From a virus, in the UHGV virus genome UHGV-1332848: a stretch of 64,000 nt of DNA; one strand, given 5' to 3'. Positions 27,949 through 38,086 of this stretch are shown here, piece after piece (the stretch's first letter is position 1; each line of letters opens with the position of its first letter). The notes under the pieces are model-generated. The model searched no databases. It was given only the letters and a program-made list of their open reading frames with translations, and was not told the DNA's origin. A program made the translations under genes and the position numbers.

Positions 27949-30128
27949 CAAAATCTTATGAGTTTAAAATAAAACCTATGTCAGAATTATTTTATAATGA
28001 AGATAGTTTGTATGGTATATATAAATTCAGCACACAACAAGATATTCCATATTTAGAAAAGATACCTTTTGGGGATGATATTGGCATAAGTACAATAGTG
28101 GGTAAAATGCAAAGATTAACAATAGGTTTAGATTATGAGTGTACAGCAATAGAGTCTTATAATAACAAATATAAAAAATGGCAATATGAGGTTGTTGATA
28201 TAAAAGCAGATAAACCTAGTACAATAGAGGATAAAATATCATTTTTAAAGTGTATAGTTACGGATAAACAGGCAGAGACTTTAATTTCTGCCTACCCTAG
28301 TATAATAGAAATGATATTAAATGAAGAAGAAGTTGATATAAAAAAGTTAAAAGGAATAGGAGATTATACATTTGAAAAAATAAAAGAGAAAGTAGTGGAA
28401 AACTATATACTGTCAGATATTATTGTTATGCTAAAACCTTACGGTGTTTCTAATAGTATTATAAAAAAGATATTTGCCAAAGAAAAGAACGCAGTAATAT
28501 TGAAACAGAAGCTAAAAAATAATCCATACATTTTAACAGAAATTAAAGGGCTAGGCTTTAAAAAAGTAGATAGTGTAGCAATAAAATTAAATCCTAAATT
28601 AGTGAATAGCAAAGAAAGAATGGTGGCTTTTATAGGGTATTATTTAACAGAAGTAGGTAATAAGTCAGGACATAGTAGAATATCTTTAGATGAGCTAAAT
28701 AAAGCATTAAAAGAAAATGTGTTAGAGTGTTTTGATTTGTTTAATGAGTTTTTAGAAAGTGAAGTAGATAAACCTTTTTTATTACATATAGAAGATGGTT
28801 TTGTAGGCTTAATGAAATATTATAAAAGAGAAAAGAATATACTAGAAAAACTAAAAGAATTAAATGAATGTGCAAGTTTTGGCAAGTTACATCAAAAAGA
28901 AATTAATTGTGCTTTTGAAGAATTTAAAAAAGATAGAGGTTATGATCTATCTAAAGAGCAAAAAGAAATAGTTTATGCTATGAATGACAATAATGTAGTT
29001 TTACTGACTGGGAAAGCAGGAGCTGGTAAGAGTTCAGCCATAGATGTAGTTCTAAAGGCATTTAAAAATAGGAAAATAGCTTTAACAGCATTATCTGCAA
29101 AAGCAGTAAGAAGGATGGTTGAAACAACAGGAGTTGAAGAAGCTAAAACAATACATAGGCTTTTAGGTTTTGAAGGTAAAGAATTTAAATACAATGAAGA
29201 GAATCCTTTAGTTGAGAATATATTTATTATTGATGAATCTTCTATGATTAATAGTAGTTTATTCTTATCATTAATAAAAGCAATACCTTTAGGTAGTAAA
29301 TTATTGATTGTATTTGATGATGGTCAATTACCACCAATAGGTGTAGGAAATATAGCAAAAGATTTATTAAAAAGTGAATTTAAGCATATTGGATTGAACA
29401 AAGTATTTAGACAGGCGTTGGATAGTGGGATATTGTCAGATGCTAATGAAATAAGAGAAGGAATCAATCCAGTAGAAAAACCTTCTTCAAATTTAGTTAG
29501 AGGTAATTTGAAAGATATGTATTACATATTTGAAAATGATAATGAGAAGATTTTTGAAAAGGCTATTAATTATTTTATGAAGTCAATAAGTAGTCTGAGT
29601 TTAGATGAAGTAGTAATATGCGTTCCTAGAAAAGAGAATTGTGTAAATTCTGCACTAACTTACAATAATAGAATACAAGATTTATTATTAGGCAATGAAA
29701 AAACAAAAATACAAAAAGGGGATAAAATATTTAAGTTAGGTGCTAAAGTAATTCAAAAAGTTAATAATTATGAAAGAGAAGTTGTTAATGGTGAAATTGG
29801 GTTTGTAATAGATATTAATAGCGAATTTTTTAAAGTGGAATTTGATAAAGAAAAGGTTAAAGAGTATTCAATAAAAGATATAGATGAATTAGAGTTAGCT
29901 TATGCACTTACAGTACATTCTATGCAAGGTAGCCAATGTAATACTGTTATAATACCTTTGGACATGAATAGCTATACTCTATTAAGTAGAGAGTTAATCT
30001 ATACAGCTATAACAAGATCTTCAAAAAGGTGTTTGGTTGTATCTCAACCTAAAGCGTTTAATATGGGTATAAAAATAAAGGCAAGTAAGAGGAACACTTG
30101 GTTAGAAAACTTACTAAAAACTTTATAA
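27945..30128 (+). CDS. RecD-like ATP-dependent DNA helicase
   Basis: Walker A 'LLTGKAGAGKSS'. Walker B 'IFIIDESSMI'. Motif 'ALTVHSMQGSQ'. Start overlaps polymerase stop (ATGA). Confidence 0.8.
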   Translation: MTKSYEFKIKPMSELFYNEDSLYGIYKFSTQQDIPYLEKIPFGDDIGISTIVGKMQRLTIGLDYECTAIESYNNKYKKWQYEVVDIKADKPSTIEDKISFLKCIVTDKQAETLISAYPSIIEMILNEEEVDIKKLKGIGDYTFEKIKEKVVENYILSDIIVMLKPYGVSNSIIKKIFAKEKNAVILKQKLKNNPYILTEIKGLGFKKVDSVAIKLNPKLVNSKERMVAFIGYYLTEVGNKSGHSRISLDELNKALKENVLECFDLFNEFLESEVDKPFLLHIEDGFVGLMKYYKREKNILEKLKELNECASFGKLHQKEINCAFEEFKKDRGYDLSKEQKEIVYAMNDNNVVLLTGKAGAGKSSAIDVVLKAFKNRKIALTALSAKAVRRMVETTGVEEAKTIHRLLGFEGKEFKYNEENPLVENIFIIDESSMINSSLFLSLIKAIPLGSKLLIVFDDGQLPPIGVGNIAKDLLKSEFKHIGLNKVFRQALDSGILSDANEIREGINPVEKPSSNLVRGNLKDMYYIFENDNEKIFEKAINYFMKSISSLSLDEVVICVPRKENCVNSALTYNNRIQDLLLGNEKTKIQKGDKIFKLGAKVIQKVNNYEREVVNGEIGFVIDINSEFFKVEFDKEKVKEYSIKDIDELELAYALTVHSMQGSQCNTVIIPLDMNSYTLLSRELIYTAITRSSKRCLVVSQPKAFNMGIKIKASKRNTWLENLLKTL

Positions 30129-30176
30129 AATAATTAATTAAAAAGTATTTACAAAATATAGATATGGTGTTATTAT
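30129..30176 (+). promoter_or_regulatory. AATAATTAATTAAAAA motif + TTTACA-17-TATTAT promoter-like element, followed by hairpin 30180-30213
   Basis: TTTACA 30148-30153, TATTAT 30171-30176. Hairpin AGTACAAGG...CCTTGTACT + T-rich right after. Confidence 0.4.
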
Positions 30177-30238
30177 AATAGTACAAGGTGATTACAAAAT
30201 TTTCCTTGTACTATTTTCTTATATAAGGAGGTAATTCC

Positions 30239-30445
30239 ATGTATGAAGAGTACTATAGACCAGAAGATGTTAAGGTTAGACTTTTAGGCTATGAAAAACA
30301 TGCAAGACAAGTAATAACATTTCTAAAAGATGCATATAGCGAAGAAAGTTATCAGAGCAATTTAAATGACATGAAAAGTAATCATAAAATACATAAGATA
30401 GTTAAAATTGAAAATGGTGAGGAGGAATTGATTTTAGAAAGATAA
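30239..30445 (+). CDS. hypothetical protein
   Basis: 68-aa ORF, RBS AAGGAGG. Confidence 0.5.
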   Translation: MYEEYYRPEDVKVRLLGYEKHARQVITFLKDAYSEESYQSNLNDMKSNHKIHKIVKIENGEEELILER

Positions 30446-30493
30446 AAAAATAAATAAAATATTTATTTTAATAATAATTAATTAAATAAGAGG

Positions 30494-31267
30494 GTGGTTA
30501 ATGTGTGTAAAAGAATCTATAAAAGTTATAAGATTAAAGTTATTAATGATGATGGTGAGAAATACATAGACTTCAACAAAAATATTGATACAACATCATA
30601 CAATACAGTAATAAAGTACTATCATATGACTAAATATAAATATCAAAATGAAGATTGTACAGTAGAAATGGTGGGTGTGTACGAAGATGGTACAATAGGT
30701 AGTATTATATTCAGTAAAACATTTTCTAAGGAAGTTATTGAAGATAAAGAAATTTTAAAATCCACAGATGACATAGTAAGTGAGATAAAGGAGTTACTAG
30801 AACTATTAGATAGAAAGAATGAATATCATAATAGTATGAAAAGTTTTTTCGACAAGAAACAAGATGTCTTACTTCATAAAATAGAATCTGTAAAATTTTT
30901 AGATGCTACTAAGGTGAATATAGTTGATGAGAAACTAAAGATAATAAATGAATTGGAAGAAGTTAGACATAATAGAAGAATTAATAAAAATGAAGCAAGA
31001 AAGTTACAGCTAGTATATAGTAAAGCAAATATACAAGAAATTATAGATAAGTTTAATCAAATAAAAATCCCGATTGATACAAAAGATTATGAATACATAA
31101 ATGGTGATTTAGAAGAACAAATGATAAAAGAGATTAAATATAATTCTGAAAAGCAACGTATAAATTTAATGAAACAGATAGAGGGTAAATATAAAAAGAT
31201 TATTAATGATGAAGTTAGAAAAGTGTTGATATGCTACAACAAGGCTTATTATAAGAGTAATAATTAA
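30494..31267 (+). CDS. hypothetical protein
   Basis: 257-aa ORF, RBS AGAGGGTGG. Confidence 0.5.
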   Translation: MVNVCKRIYKSYKIKVINDDGEKYIDFNKNIDTTSYNTVIKYYHMTKYKYQNEDCTVEMVGVYEDGTIGSIIFSKTFSKEVIEDKEILKSTDDIVSEIKELLELLDRKNEYHNSMKSFFDKKQDVLLHKIESVKFLDATKVNIVDEKLKIINELEEVRHNRRINKNEARKLQLVYSKANIQEIIDKFNQIKIPIDTKDYEYINGDLEEQMIKEIKYNSEKQRINLMKQIEGKYKKIINDEVRKVLICYNKAYYKSNN

Positions 31268-31294
31268 TTTAAAATATAAAAGAGGTGACATTAA

Positions 31295-31558
31295 ATGATA
31301 ATAAAATTTAAAAATGGTATAACAAAAGAATTATTTAAAAAGATAGCAGGTAGACCAAAAGAAGGGGAGGTTATTGAGTGCATAAATCCTATAGTAGTAT
31401 TGCCTGTGGCAATGATTAGTTTCTTCTTTATGTTGTGGGCTATAACGTTTCAAAATATATTTATGGGATTATTTTCTATGATGTTCGCTTGGCAGATAGG
31501 TTGGAGTATGAGTATAGAAAGATTTAAAAACAGTGAGAATAAGGGGAAGGATGAATAA
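31295..31558 (+). CDS. small membrane protein
   Basis: Hydrophobic segments 'VVLPVAMISFFFMLWAITF' and 'MGLFSMMFAWQIGW'. RBS AGAGGTG. Confidence 0.5.
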   Translation: MIIKFKNGITKELFKKIAGRPKEGEVIECINPIVVLPVAMISFFFMLWAITFQNIFMGLFSMMFAWQIGWSMSIERFKNSENKGKDE

Positions 31559-31703
31559 TGATAGAACTTTATTTTAAATTAAAAGTTATAGGAATAGTAA
31601 TTTCACTAATATTATTGTTTGGATTTTTTGTATTTTACGTAGGTCTTGTAATTTTAAATTATATTGACAAACGAAAGAAAAACAGGAGAAAAAATGATTT
31701 ATA
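31558..31703 (+). CDS. small membrane protein
   Basis: 48-aa ORF. Start overlaps previous stop (ATAATGA). One TM helix. Confidence 0.3.
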
Positions 31704-31740
31704 AAACAGATATTTTAAAGAGTTTAAGGAGGAGGATAAT

Positions 31741-32190
31741 ATGTTAGAATTTTATAGTGATATTCCTACAATAATAGAAAAAGACTTTGACGGATATTGT
31801 ATGCTAGATGGTGATTTTATTGAGATATTATATAGTGAGGAAAAGGTTATATCTAAAGATGAGTATAATTCATACAACTTAGCTATTCTTAGTAACCTTA
31901 GAAAAGGAAAAGGTGTTAACTGGTTATATTTTAACAAAAGTGGACAATTAAATTCCTCAAACACATTCGCCAAAGATGGTAATTTTGATTATATAATAAA
32001 TATAGAAAAATATTATTCAAAGAAATACAAGAATAAATACAAGATATGCAAGTATTATACTGATTATATTTATTCTTATTCACATTGTGGTTGTGTGATA
32101 CCTGAAGAATCTTACTATGAACAAAATTTATCAGATGATGGAAGTGAATTTATATCTAAGAGAAATATATATAGGTATAGAGAGATTTAA
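31741..32190 (+). CDS. hypothetical protein
   Basis: 149-aa ORF, RBS AAGGAGGAGG. Confidence 0.5.
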   Translation: MLEFYSDIPTIIEKDFDGYCMLDGDFIEILYSEEKVISKDEYNSYNLAILSNLRKGKGVNWLYFNKSGQLNSSNTFAKDGNFDYIINIEKYYSKKYKNKYKICKYYTDYIYSYSHCGCVIPEESYYEQNLSDDGSEFISKRNIYRYREI

Positions 32191-32250
32191 AAATTAACTA
32201 AAAGTTGTTAAAATCAAGATTTTATTAAGAGAGGAGATGTGTGAATTATT

Positions 32251-32565
32251 ATGAATATATTGGTTTATGATGAGTATTGTGGCGATATGGGTTGTTTGTA
32301 TAGAAATAACTATGATGATTATCACGTAATACAAGTAGAAGAAATACACAACAAAGGAAAAATAGATTTAGATGATCTTATTAATAAAATATACAAAGAA
32401 TGGATAAAGGTTTCTAGGTTTGAGTTTGAAAATGTAATTTTAAAAAACAGAGAAATATTGAATTATAATGGAATGTCAAAAGTTAAATGGATTATATTAC
32501 CTGATGGCGATAATAATAGATATTCACAAGAAATTATAATAAAAGAGAGGTTTAAGGAGGTGTAA
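32251..32565 (+). CDS. hypothetical protein
   Basis: 104-aa ORF, RBS GAGAGGAG. Confidence 0.5.
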   Translation: MNILVYDEYCGDMGCLYRNNYDDYHVIQVEEIHNKGKIDLDDLINKIYKEWIKVSRFEFENVILKNREILNYNGMSKVKWIILPDGDNNRYSQEIIIKERFKEV

Positions 32566-32567
32566 AA

Positions 32568-32735
32568 ATGGTTAGTATTATTTTCTTTGTAAAGAATGGC
32601 ATAGGTGGCTTTACGCCTCAGCATAGTGAAGAATTTAATACTTATGATGAAGCTTTAGATTTCTATATTATGAATAAAGAAAAGTATAGAAATCAAGGTG
32701 TATTTTTAAAAATTAATGTGAAGGGAGAATAGTTA
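32568..32735 (+). CDS. small hypothetical protein
   Basis: 55-aa ORF, RBS AAGGAGGTG. Not in track. Confidence 0.4.
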
Positions 32736-33049
32736 TGGATAGAAGTTTAATAATGTTAACTTATAACCATAGAGATGGTATAACGGAAATAAAGCCTATC
32801 AAAGCAGAACTTACTAGCGAGAGAAAATGTAAATATGTAATTAGATTAAATGATAATAATACATATATTTATGAACATAATTTTAATATAAGGCAGAAGA
32901 TTGGAAAACTCAAAGATAGTAGGTATCGTGAGTATTTCATAATATCAGAGAATGAAGAAACTGCTGTAAAATCTTATAGTGAAGAGATCAAGAAACTTGT
33001 TAAAGTTCATTTAAGTAGCGTAGATTATCTTTTAAAATTATTAAAGTGA
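32735..33049 (+). CDS. hypothetical protein
   Basis: 104-aa ORF, RBS AAGGGAGAA. Confidence 0.5.
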   Translation: MDRSLIMLTYNHRDGITEIKPIKAELTSERKCKYVIRLNDNNTYIYEHNFNIRQKIGKLKDSRYREYFIISENEETAVKSYSEEIKKLVKVHLSSVDYLLKLLK

Positions 33050-33215
33050 AAAACGAGAGGTGTAATAATATATTGAAAAATAAAATGATTTACTGGTTAG
33101 AGTGTCTAGGTTTAACTATTGAAATTATACTTATAACATTGCTTTATACAGTTGTAATTAAAATGGGAGGATAGAAATTTTTTAAAATTGTTGTTTCAAC
33201 AGCTAATTAAAGGAT

Positions 33216-33593
33216 GTGATAGATATGGATTATTTTGATGAAGGTAATAAGCTTTACGATATAAGAAATTATAAACAGGCTATTAAAAAATACAAAAAGA
33301 GCATTGAATTTAAGGTGCATGAGGAACGTAGCTATTATAATATGGGGTGTTGTTACATAAAGCTAAAAGACTACAATAAAGCCATTGAATGTTTAAGGAA
33401 AGCAATGTCATTTAGTAGAGAAAGTGAATATTATTTTAATTTAGGATATTGCTATGCGTATAAAGAAGACTATGGATCTTCATTATTTAATTTTATAATA
33501 GCTTCAAAATTAGATGAAAATGATTATGACGCAGTAAAAGCTATAAATGTGCTTACAGAAGAAATAAAAGAGTTAAATTGCAACAATAATTAA
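33216..33593 (+). CDS. tetratricopeptide-repeat (TPR) protein
   Basis: Repeated 'Y..G.CY.KLKDY.KAIEC..KA' / 'YFNLGYCYAYKEDY' TPR-like 34-residue units. Confidence 0.5.
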   Translation: MIDMDYFDEGNKLYDIRNYKQAIKKYKKSIEFKVHEERSYYNMGCCYIKLKDYNKAIECLRKAMSFSRESEYYFNLGYCYAYKEDYGSSLFNFIIASKLDENDYDAVKAINVLTEEIKELNCNNN

Positions 33594-33641
33594 AATGCGA
33601 ATTTTATTAACAATTAATTAAAATATAAAAAGAGGTGTTAA

Positions 33642-34355
33642 ATGCAATACGTTGGAAGTAAAAATAGGTTATCTAAAGAGTTGATACCTATAATACAATC
33701 ATACATAAATGAAAACACAAAAGGTTATTTAGAGCCTTTTGTTGGTGGAGCAAATATAATAGATAAAATTAAATGTAATAACAAAATAGGATTCGATATA
33801 CACAAAGAGTTAATAGCATTACTTAAATATGTTTCAGAAGGAAAAGATTTGCCCAATACAATCACAAAAGAAGAGTATGATTATGTTAAAAATAATAGAG
33901 ATAAGTTTGAAGATTGGTATATAGGTTTAGTTGGTTTTTGTGGTAGTTATGGTGCAAAATATTTCGGTGGTTATGCTAAGGGTAATGATAAAAGAGATAG
34001 ACAAAATGAAGCCATAAGAAATTTAGCAAATCAGTCATATAATTTAAGAAACATATCTTTTATACATAGGGATTTTAGTGATATAGATAAAGATGAGTTT
34101 AAAAATTACGTTATATACTGTGATATACCTTATAAAGATACAACAAAATACAGTACAAAAGAATTTCCATATGAAGAATTTTATGAATGGGTAAAAGAAA
34201 TGTCAATACATAATACAGTGTTAATAAGTGAATATGATATGCCTGATGAGTTTGAGTGCATATGGTCAAAAGAACATAAGGTTAATTTTGATAGCAATAG
34301 AAATAACGCAGAAAAAAGAGTAGAAAAACTATTTACATACAATAAACAAATATAA
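33642..34355 (+). CDS. Dam-family N6-adenine DNA methyltransferase (D12 class)
   Basis: N-terminal 'QYVGSKNRL' (Y.GSK SAM motif), 'FVGGANI', and 'YCDIPY' (DPPY variant). Confidence 0.8.
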   Translation: MQYVGSKNRLSKELIPIIQSYINENTKGYLEPFVGGANIIDKIKCNNKIGFDIHKELIALLKYVSEGKDLPNTITKEEYDYVKNNRDKFEDWYIGLVGFCGSYGAKYFGGYAKGNDKRDRQNEAIRNLANQSYNLRNISFIHRDFSDIDKDEFKNYVIYCDIPYKDTTKYSTKEFPYEEFYEWVKEMSIHNTVLISEYDMPDEFECIWSKEHKVNFDSNRNNAEKRVEKLFTYNKQI

Positions 34356-34410
34356 TTGGTACATAATATATACTAATATATAACAAATAACTTAATAAAA
34401 TTTCTATTTT

Positions 34411-34459
34411 AAAAATTGTTTAATAATTAATTAAAAACTCTTTACAGTTTTTAGAATAA
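34411..34459 (+). promoter_or_regulatory. AATAATTAATTAAAAA motif + TTTACA-17-TAACAT promoter
   Basis: TTTACA 34431-34436, TAACAT 34454-34459. Confidence 0.5.
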
Positions 34460-34494
34460 GTGGTAACATATAAATATAGGGAGGAGGTGAACGA

Positions 34495-34791
34495 ATGACA
34501 CCTTATGAACTAATAGAAACAATAAGTCAAAACCACAGTCCTTCTGAAACAATAGAAATAGTAAATGAGTTAATAGGTGAAATTGATAATAATCCAAGCA
34601 AATACATAAATGGATTATCACAATCTATTGAAGACTATGGCGAAATACATAACTTATGTCCTTTATGTGGATCTAAATTAACTACAAATACATACGAAGA
34701 AGATAGAGGAGAGTATTTCGGTTTTAACTCATACGAAACAATGTTTCATGGTGAATGTTCTAATCCAGAGTGTTCATATACAGAAGAGTAG
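34495..34791 (+). CDS. hypothetical protein with C-terminal Cys cluster
   Basis: 98-aa ORF, 'CPLCGS...HGECSNPECSY'. RBS GGGAGGAGGTG. Confidence 0.5.
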   Translation: MTPYELIETISQNHSPSETIEIVNELIGEIDNNPSKYINGLSQSIEDYGEIHNLCPLCGSKLTTNTYEEDRGEYFGFNSYETMFHGECSNPECSYTEE

Positions 34792-34804
34792 AAAGGGGGA
34801 ATTT

Positions 34805-35375
34805 GATGGCAAAGAATAGGATTCTAAGCACTTTACTCTCGGTTATGTTATTAACACCATTGATTAAGGTAAGGGCTATAGAGATTCCTGCTTCTAAACC
34901 AAGAAAGGGAATTGAATTTGACAGGAATTTGAATTTAAGAAATTATGAAGTCGAACAAGTGGAAGAATTAATTAAAGTTGAATTTAAAAAACGTAAGAAA
35001 ATCGAATTGGAAGAACAAAAGAAAAGGGAAATTGAGGAGCAAAAGTTGGAAAATAAAAAGCAGTATTGGAAGTTTGAAGTGAGTTACTATTGTGGATGCT
35101 ACTACTGTACTCAGAATGGTAATTTAATTACAGCAAGTGGCGAGTGTGCACAAGAAGGAGTGACGATAGCTTTGCCCAAAGATATACCTTTTGGCAGTAA
35201 AGTGCATATAGACGATGTTGGGGATTTTATAGTACAAGACCGAGGTGGGTACATCGAATACACGTATGATGAAGAAGGAAACTTAATAATGAGGGCAGAT
35301 GTGTATATTGAAAATCATGATAGAGCTTTGGAGTTAGGAAGACATATTGAAAGTGGATATATAATAATTAATTAA
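34805..35375 (+). CDS. secreted 3D-domain protein (MltA/YuiC-like peptidoglycan-binding/lytic)
   Basis: Signal peptide 'MAKNRILSTLLSVMLLTPLIKVRA'. C-terminal 'ASGECAQEGVTIALPKDIPFGSKVHIDDVGDFIVQDRGG' matches the 3D-domain pattern. ATG at 34805 has RBS AAAGGGGGA (track start 34770 lacks one). Confidence 0.5.
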
Positions 35376-35395
35376 AATAATTGAGGGGTGGTTTT

Positions 35396-35743
35396 ATGAA
35401 ACAATTTGCTTGTAAATCTTGTGGAAGTGTAGATTTATTTACAAAAGATAAAGGCGGAAATACAATGTTATATTGTTCAGATTGTGGAGCATATCAACAA
35501 AACTTAGGAAAGAATGACAAATTATTATTTGAAGAGTATAAAAAGTCTTTAGAGCCAGTTAAAAAGATAGCTAATAACATACAAGCTATGGAAAGTATTT
35601 TAAATTACGATGGTAGCACAGTTGCTGAATTAAACAATCTAATAGTTGCGGAAAAGGCTAGGCTAGAATTTATAAATAATAGTTTTCAAAGAGGAATAAT
35701 AAAAGGTTTAGAAATGGCTTTGAAACTTATGGTGGATAAATAA
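35396..35743 (+). CDS. Zn-ribbon protein
   Basis: 'CKSCGS...CSDCG'. ATG at 35396 has RBS GAGGGGTGG. Confidence 0.5.
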   Translation: MKQFACKSCGSVDLFTKDKGGNTMLYCSDCGAYQQNLGKNDKLLFEEYKKSLEPVKKIANNIQAMESILNYDGSTVAELNNLIVAEKARLEFINNSFQRGIIKGLEMALKLMVDK

Positions 35744-35766
35744 ATGAAAGATGTTGAGGGAGAGAA

Positions 35767-35937
35767 ATGAATATATTTTTAATACTATGGTTTATCGGTT
35801 TCTTTATATTTACTATAAGCTTTGTGCTTTGGGTAGTGTTTTTAATTAAAAAAGATATTGATAAAATGCTTAAATGGAATATGGTATTATTGGTTGGATG
35901 TCTTTTAATGAACCTATTTGGCAAATACATAAAATAA
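35767..35937 (+). CDS. small two-TM membrane protein
   Basis: 56-aa ORF, RBS GAGGGAGAG. Antisense track ORF 35727..35930 rejected in its favour. Confidence 0.45.
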   Translation: MNIFLILWFIGFFIFTISFVLWVVFLIKKDIDKMLKWNMVLLVGCLLMNLFGKYIK

Positions 35938-35961
35938 GTCTTTTATAATGTTTTTTAAGAG

Positions 35962-36366
35962 GTGAGAATTGTGAGAAAGATTAAGTTTAGGTTTAGATTA
36001 GAAGATAAAATAACAAAAGAAATAATAATGGTTTATGCTGAATTATATAATCCAAAGTATTCAAGTGATTTAATGCAATATCCTATAAATTTAGAAGAGT
36101 TTAATGTGTTATCTATTGATGAATATACAGGACTTAGAGATAAAAATGCAAAAGAAATCTATGAAGGTGATGTTATAAGACATAAAAATCCAAAACCATT
36201 TAAAGATTCAATTTATAAAGTAGTATTTTTAAATGGAGGATTTGCAATAAAGAATAGTGATTATGTAGAAGATTTAAATGAATTTTTGAAAGGTAGTTCA
36301 AGTGCTGAGGTCGTAGGAAACATATATGAAAATTTAGATTTGTTGAAAGGTTGCAATAATGGATAA
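35962..36366 (+). CDS. hypothetical protein
   Basis: 134-aa ORF, RBS AAGAGGTGAG. Confidence 0.5.
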   Translation: MRIVRKIKFRFRLEDKITKEIIMVYAELYNPKYSSDLMQYPINLEEFNVLSIDEYTGLRDKNAKEIYEGDVIRHKNPKPFKDSIYKVVFLNGGFAIKNSDYVEDLNEFLKGSSSAEVVGNIYENLDLLKGCNNG

Positions 36367-36640
36367 ATGGAAAGAGGTTTATAAATATTACAAAGAAAAT
36401 AAAATAGAGTATTATGAAGATTACTTAGGCGCAAAATTAACAAAATTTCAAAAGATTAAATTGAAAATATACAACATTTTCATTAGGTACTTGCAAGAAC
36501 TTATTGAAAGACAAAGAGAGATAATAGATGAAATGTTAATAGAACCTTATGGTAGTCTTAGATATGTAACTTTAAAGTTACATATGAATGTGTTGGATTT
36601 AAAAATTATATTTATTAAAGAGTTATTTAAAATTAAATAA
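36359..36640 (+). CDS. hypothetical protein
   Basis: 93-aa ORF overlapping previous stop. Confidence 0.45.
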   Translation: MDKWKEVYKYYKENKIEYYEDYLGAKLTKFQKIKLKIYNIFIRYLQELIERQREIIDEMLIEPYGSLRYVTLKLHMNVLDLKIIFIKELFKIK

Positions 36641-36656
36641 CAAGAGGTGTTTAGAT

Positions 36657-36923
36657 ATGAAATTTTGTCCATTTTGTAAAACAAGATTGAGAGAGTATAA
36701 TTATACAAGTCATTATGACCCTCCAGAATATGGTACAGTTTGTGATAACACTAAATGTGGAAAATATTATAGTGGATATTTTTATTATGATGGTATTAGT
36801 TTAAAATGTGGGAATTGGACATATTTTGAGAAGTGTGACGAAACAGACAGTGTAGATTCTAAGTTGTTAGAGTTTAGAAAAAGAATTAATTACCAATTAA
36901 AGAAAAGCAATAAAAAGAGGTGA
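36657..36923 (+). CDS. Zn-ribbon protein
   Basis: 'CPFCKT...CDNTKCG'. RBS AAGAGGTG. Confidence 0.5.
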   Translation: MKFCPFCKTRLREYNYTSHYDPPEYGTVCDNTKCGKYYSGYFYYDGISLKCGNWTYFEKCDETDSVDSKLLEFRKRINYQLKKSNKKR

Positions 36924-36927
36924 TTGT

Positions 36928-37110
36928 ATGGATAATTGCTGTAACTGTAATAAAGAATGTGAATCTGAATATGTTTGTTCAGAATGTAGAGAAATAATGT
37001 GTTATAATTGTTGGCAAATTATGGTGGTATATGCGAAAGTTGCTATGATAAATATTATAGTGATGATGAAGAAGATATTTAAAAGAGGTATTTTATTAAA
37101 AATAAATTAA
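36928..37110 (+). CDS. Cys-rich small protein (possible internal frameshift)
   Basis: N-terminus 'MDNCCNCNKECESEYVCSECREIMCYNCW'. An alternative frame downstream reads 'GGICESCYDKYYSDDEEDI*'. Confidence 0.35.
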   Translation: MDNCCNCNKECESEYVCSECREIMCYNCWQIMVVYAKVAMINIIVMMKKIFKRGILLKIN

Positions 37111-37124
37111 AAGGAGAAAGTTAA

Positions 37125-37559
37125 ATGAAAATTGAAGAAGCTGTACAAATTATAAAATCATTTGATATACCAGAGATTAATGAAGCTATGAGATGGATAA
37201 CACCAATGATTTACGAAAGAGATAAGTACAAAGAGAATTTTATAAAAATGGTGAAAATCTACAAAAAGATGTTGCCAACAATACATAAAGACAAAGAGAT
37301 AGAATTAAACAAAACCTATTGGGTTACCGAATGGTCTTGGAGTCCAATGTGTGACGGAAGATTTGTATATGAAGAAACTATAAGAAGTCATAAAGTTATT
37401 AATGGAATAGATTGTTATTTTACAGATAGTAATTATAGAACTTATTTTAAAGAAGATATTTACGAATCAAGAGAAGAAGCCGAAGAGGTAGTTAGGTGGC
37501 AAAATAAATTTGCCTACGATTATGAAACTATAATATCTAGGCAAAATGATATAAGATAA
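37125..37559 (+). CDS. hypothetical protein
   Basis: 144-aa ORF, RBS AAAGGAGAAAG. Confidence 0.5.
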   Translation: MKIEEAVQIIKSFDIPEINEAMRWITPMIYERDKYKENFIKMVKIYKKMLPTIHKDKEIELNKTYWVTEWSWSPMCDGRFVYEETIRSHKVINGIDCYFTDSNYRTYFKEDIYESREEAEEVVRWQNKFAYDYETIISRQNDIR

Positions 37560-37624
37560 AATAAAAACATAATTTTAATAATTAATTTGTAACTATTATA
37601 AATTAATTTTGAGGGGGAAATGAA

Positions 37625-38086
37625 ATGGGAAGAGAATTGAAAAGAGTTCCTTTAGATTTTAATTATCCATTAAATGAAGTCTGGGAAGGTTATGCTCCAA
37701 CTATAGAGAAGATTAAGTCTATAAAAGGTATATTTAAAAAAGCACCCTACTTAAAAGATTGTAAGTCATCTTGGGATATATGCTCCAAATGTGATGAAAT
37801 AATAAATTGTTGCAGTGAAAGTGCAGAACATTGTATATGGTATAACAAGGACAATAAAAGAGAATGGTATAAAGAAGTACCTGAAGGTGAAGGGTATCAG
37901 TTATGGGAAACTACATCCGAAGGCTCTCCTATTAGTCCAGTATTCAAAACTTTGAATGATTTATGTGAATGGTGTGAAGATAATGCAACTACATTTGCAG
38001 ATTATAAAGCCACAAAAGAAGAATGGAGAAGAATGTTGCAAAGTGGGCTTGTAAGCCATAAAGAAGTAAATATTGAATTTATTTAA
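37625..38086 (+). CDS. hypothetical Cys-rich protein
   Basis: 153-aa ORF, RBS GAGGGGGAAA. Confidence 0.5.
   Translation: MGRELKRVPLDFNYPLNEVWEGYAPTIEKIKSIKGIFKKAPYLKDCKSSWDICSKCDEIINCCSESAEHCIWYNKDNKREWYKEVPEGEGYQLWETTSEGSPISPVFKTLNDLCEWCEDNATTFADYKATKEEWRRMLQSGLVSHKEVNIEFI

Noticed and set aside
24721-30128. Intein or second intron in polymerase or helicase
   Set aside because: Both ORFs are continuous with the expected motif order and have no HNH/LAGLIDADG insertion.
36928-37110. Possible frameshift in the Cys-rich ORF: the alternative frame gives a Cys/acidic tail 'GGICESCYDKYYSDDEEDI'
   Set aside because: There is no homopolymer at the putative shift site and either frame is plausible. 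This cannot be decided from sequence alone.
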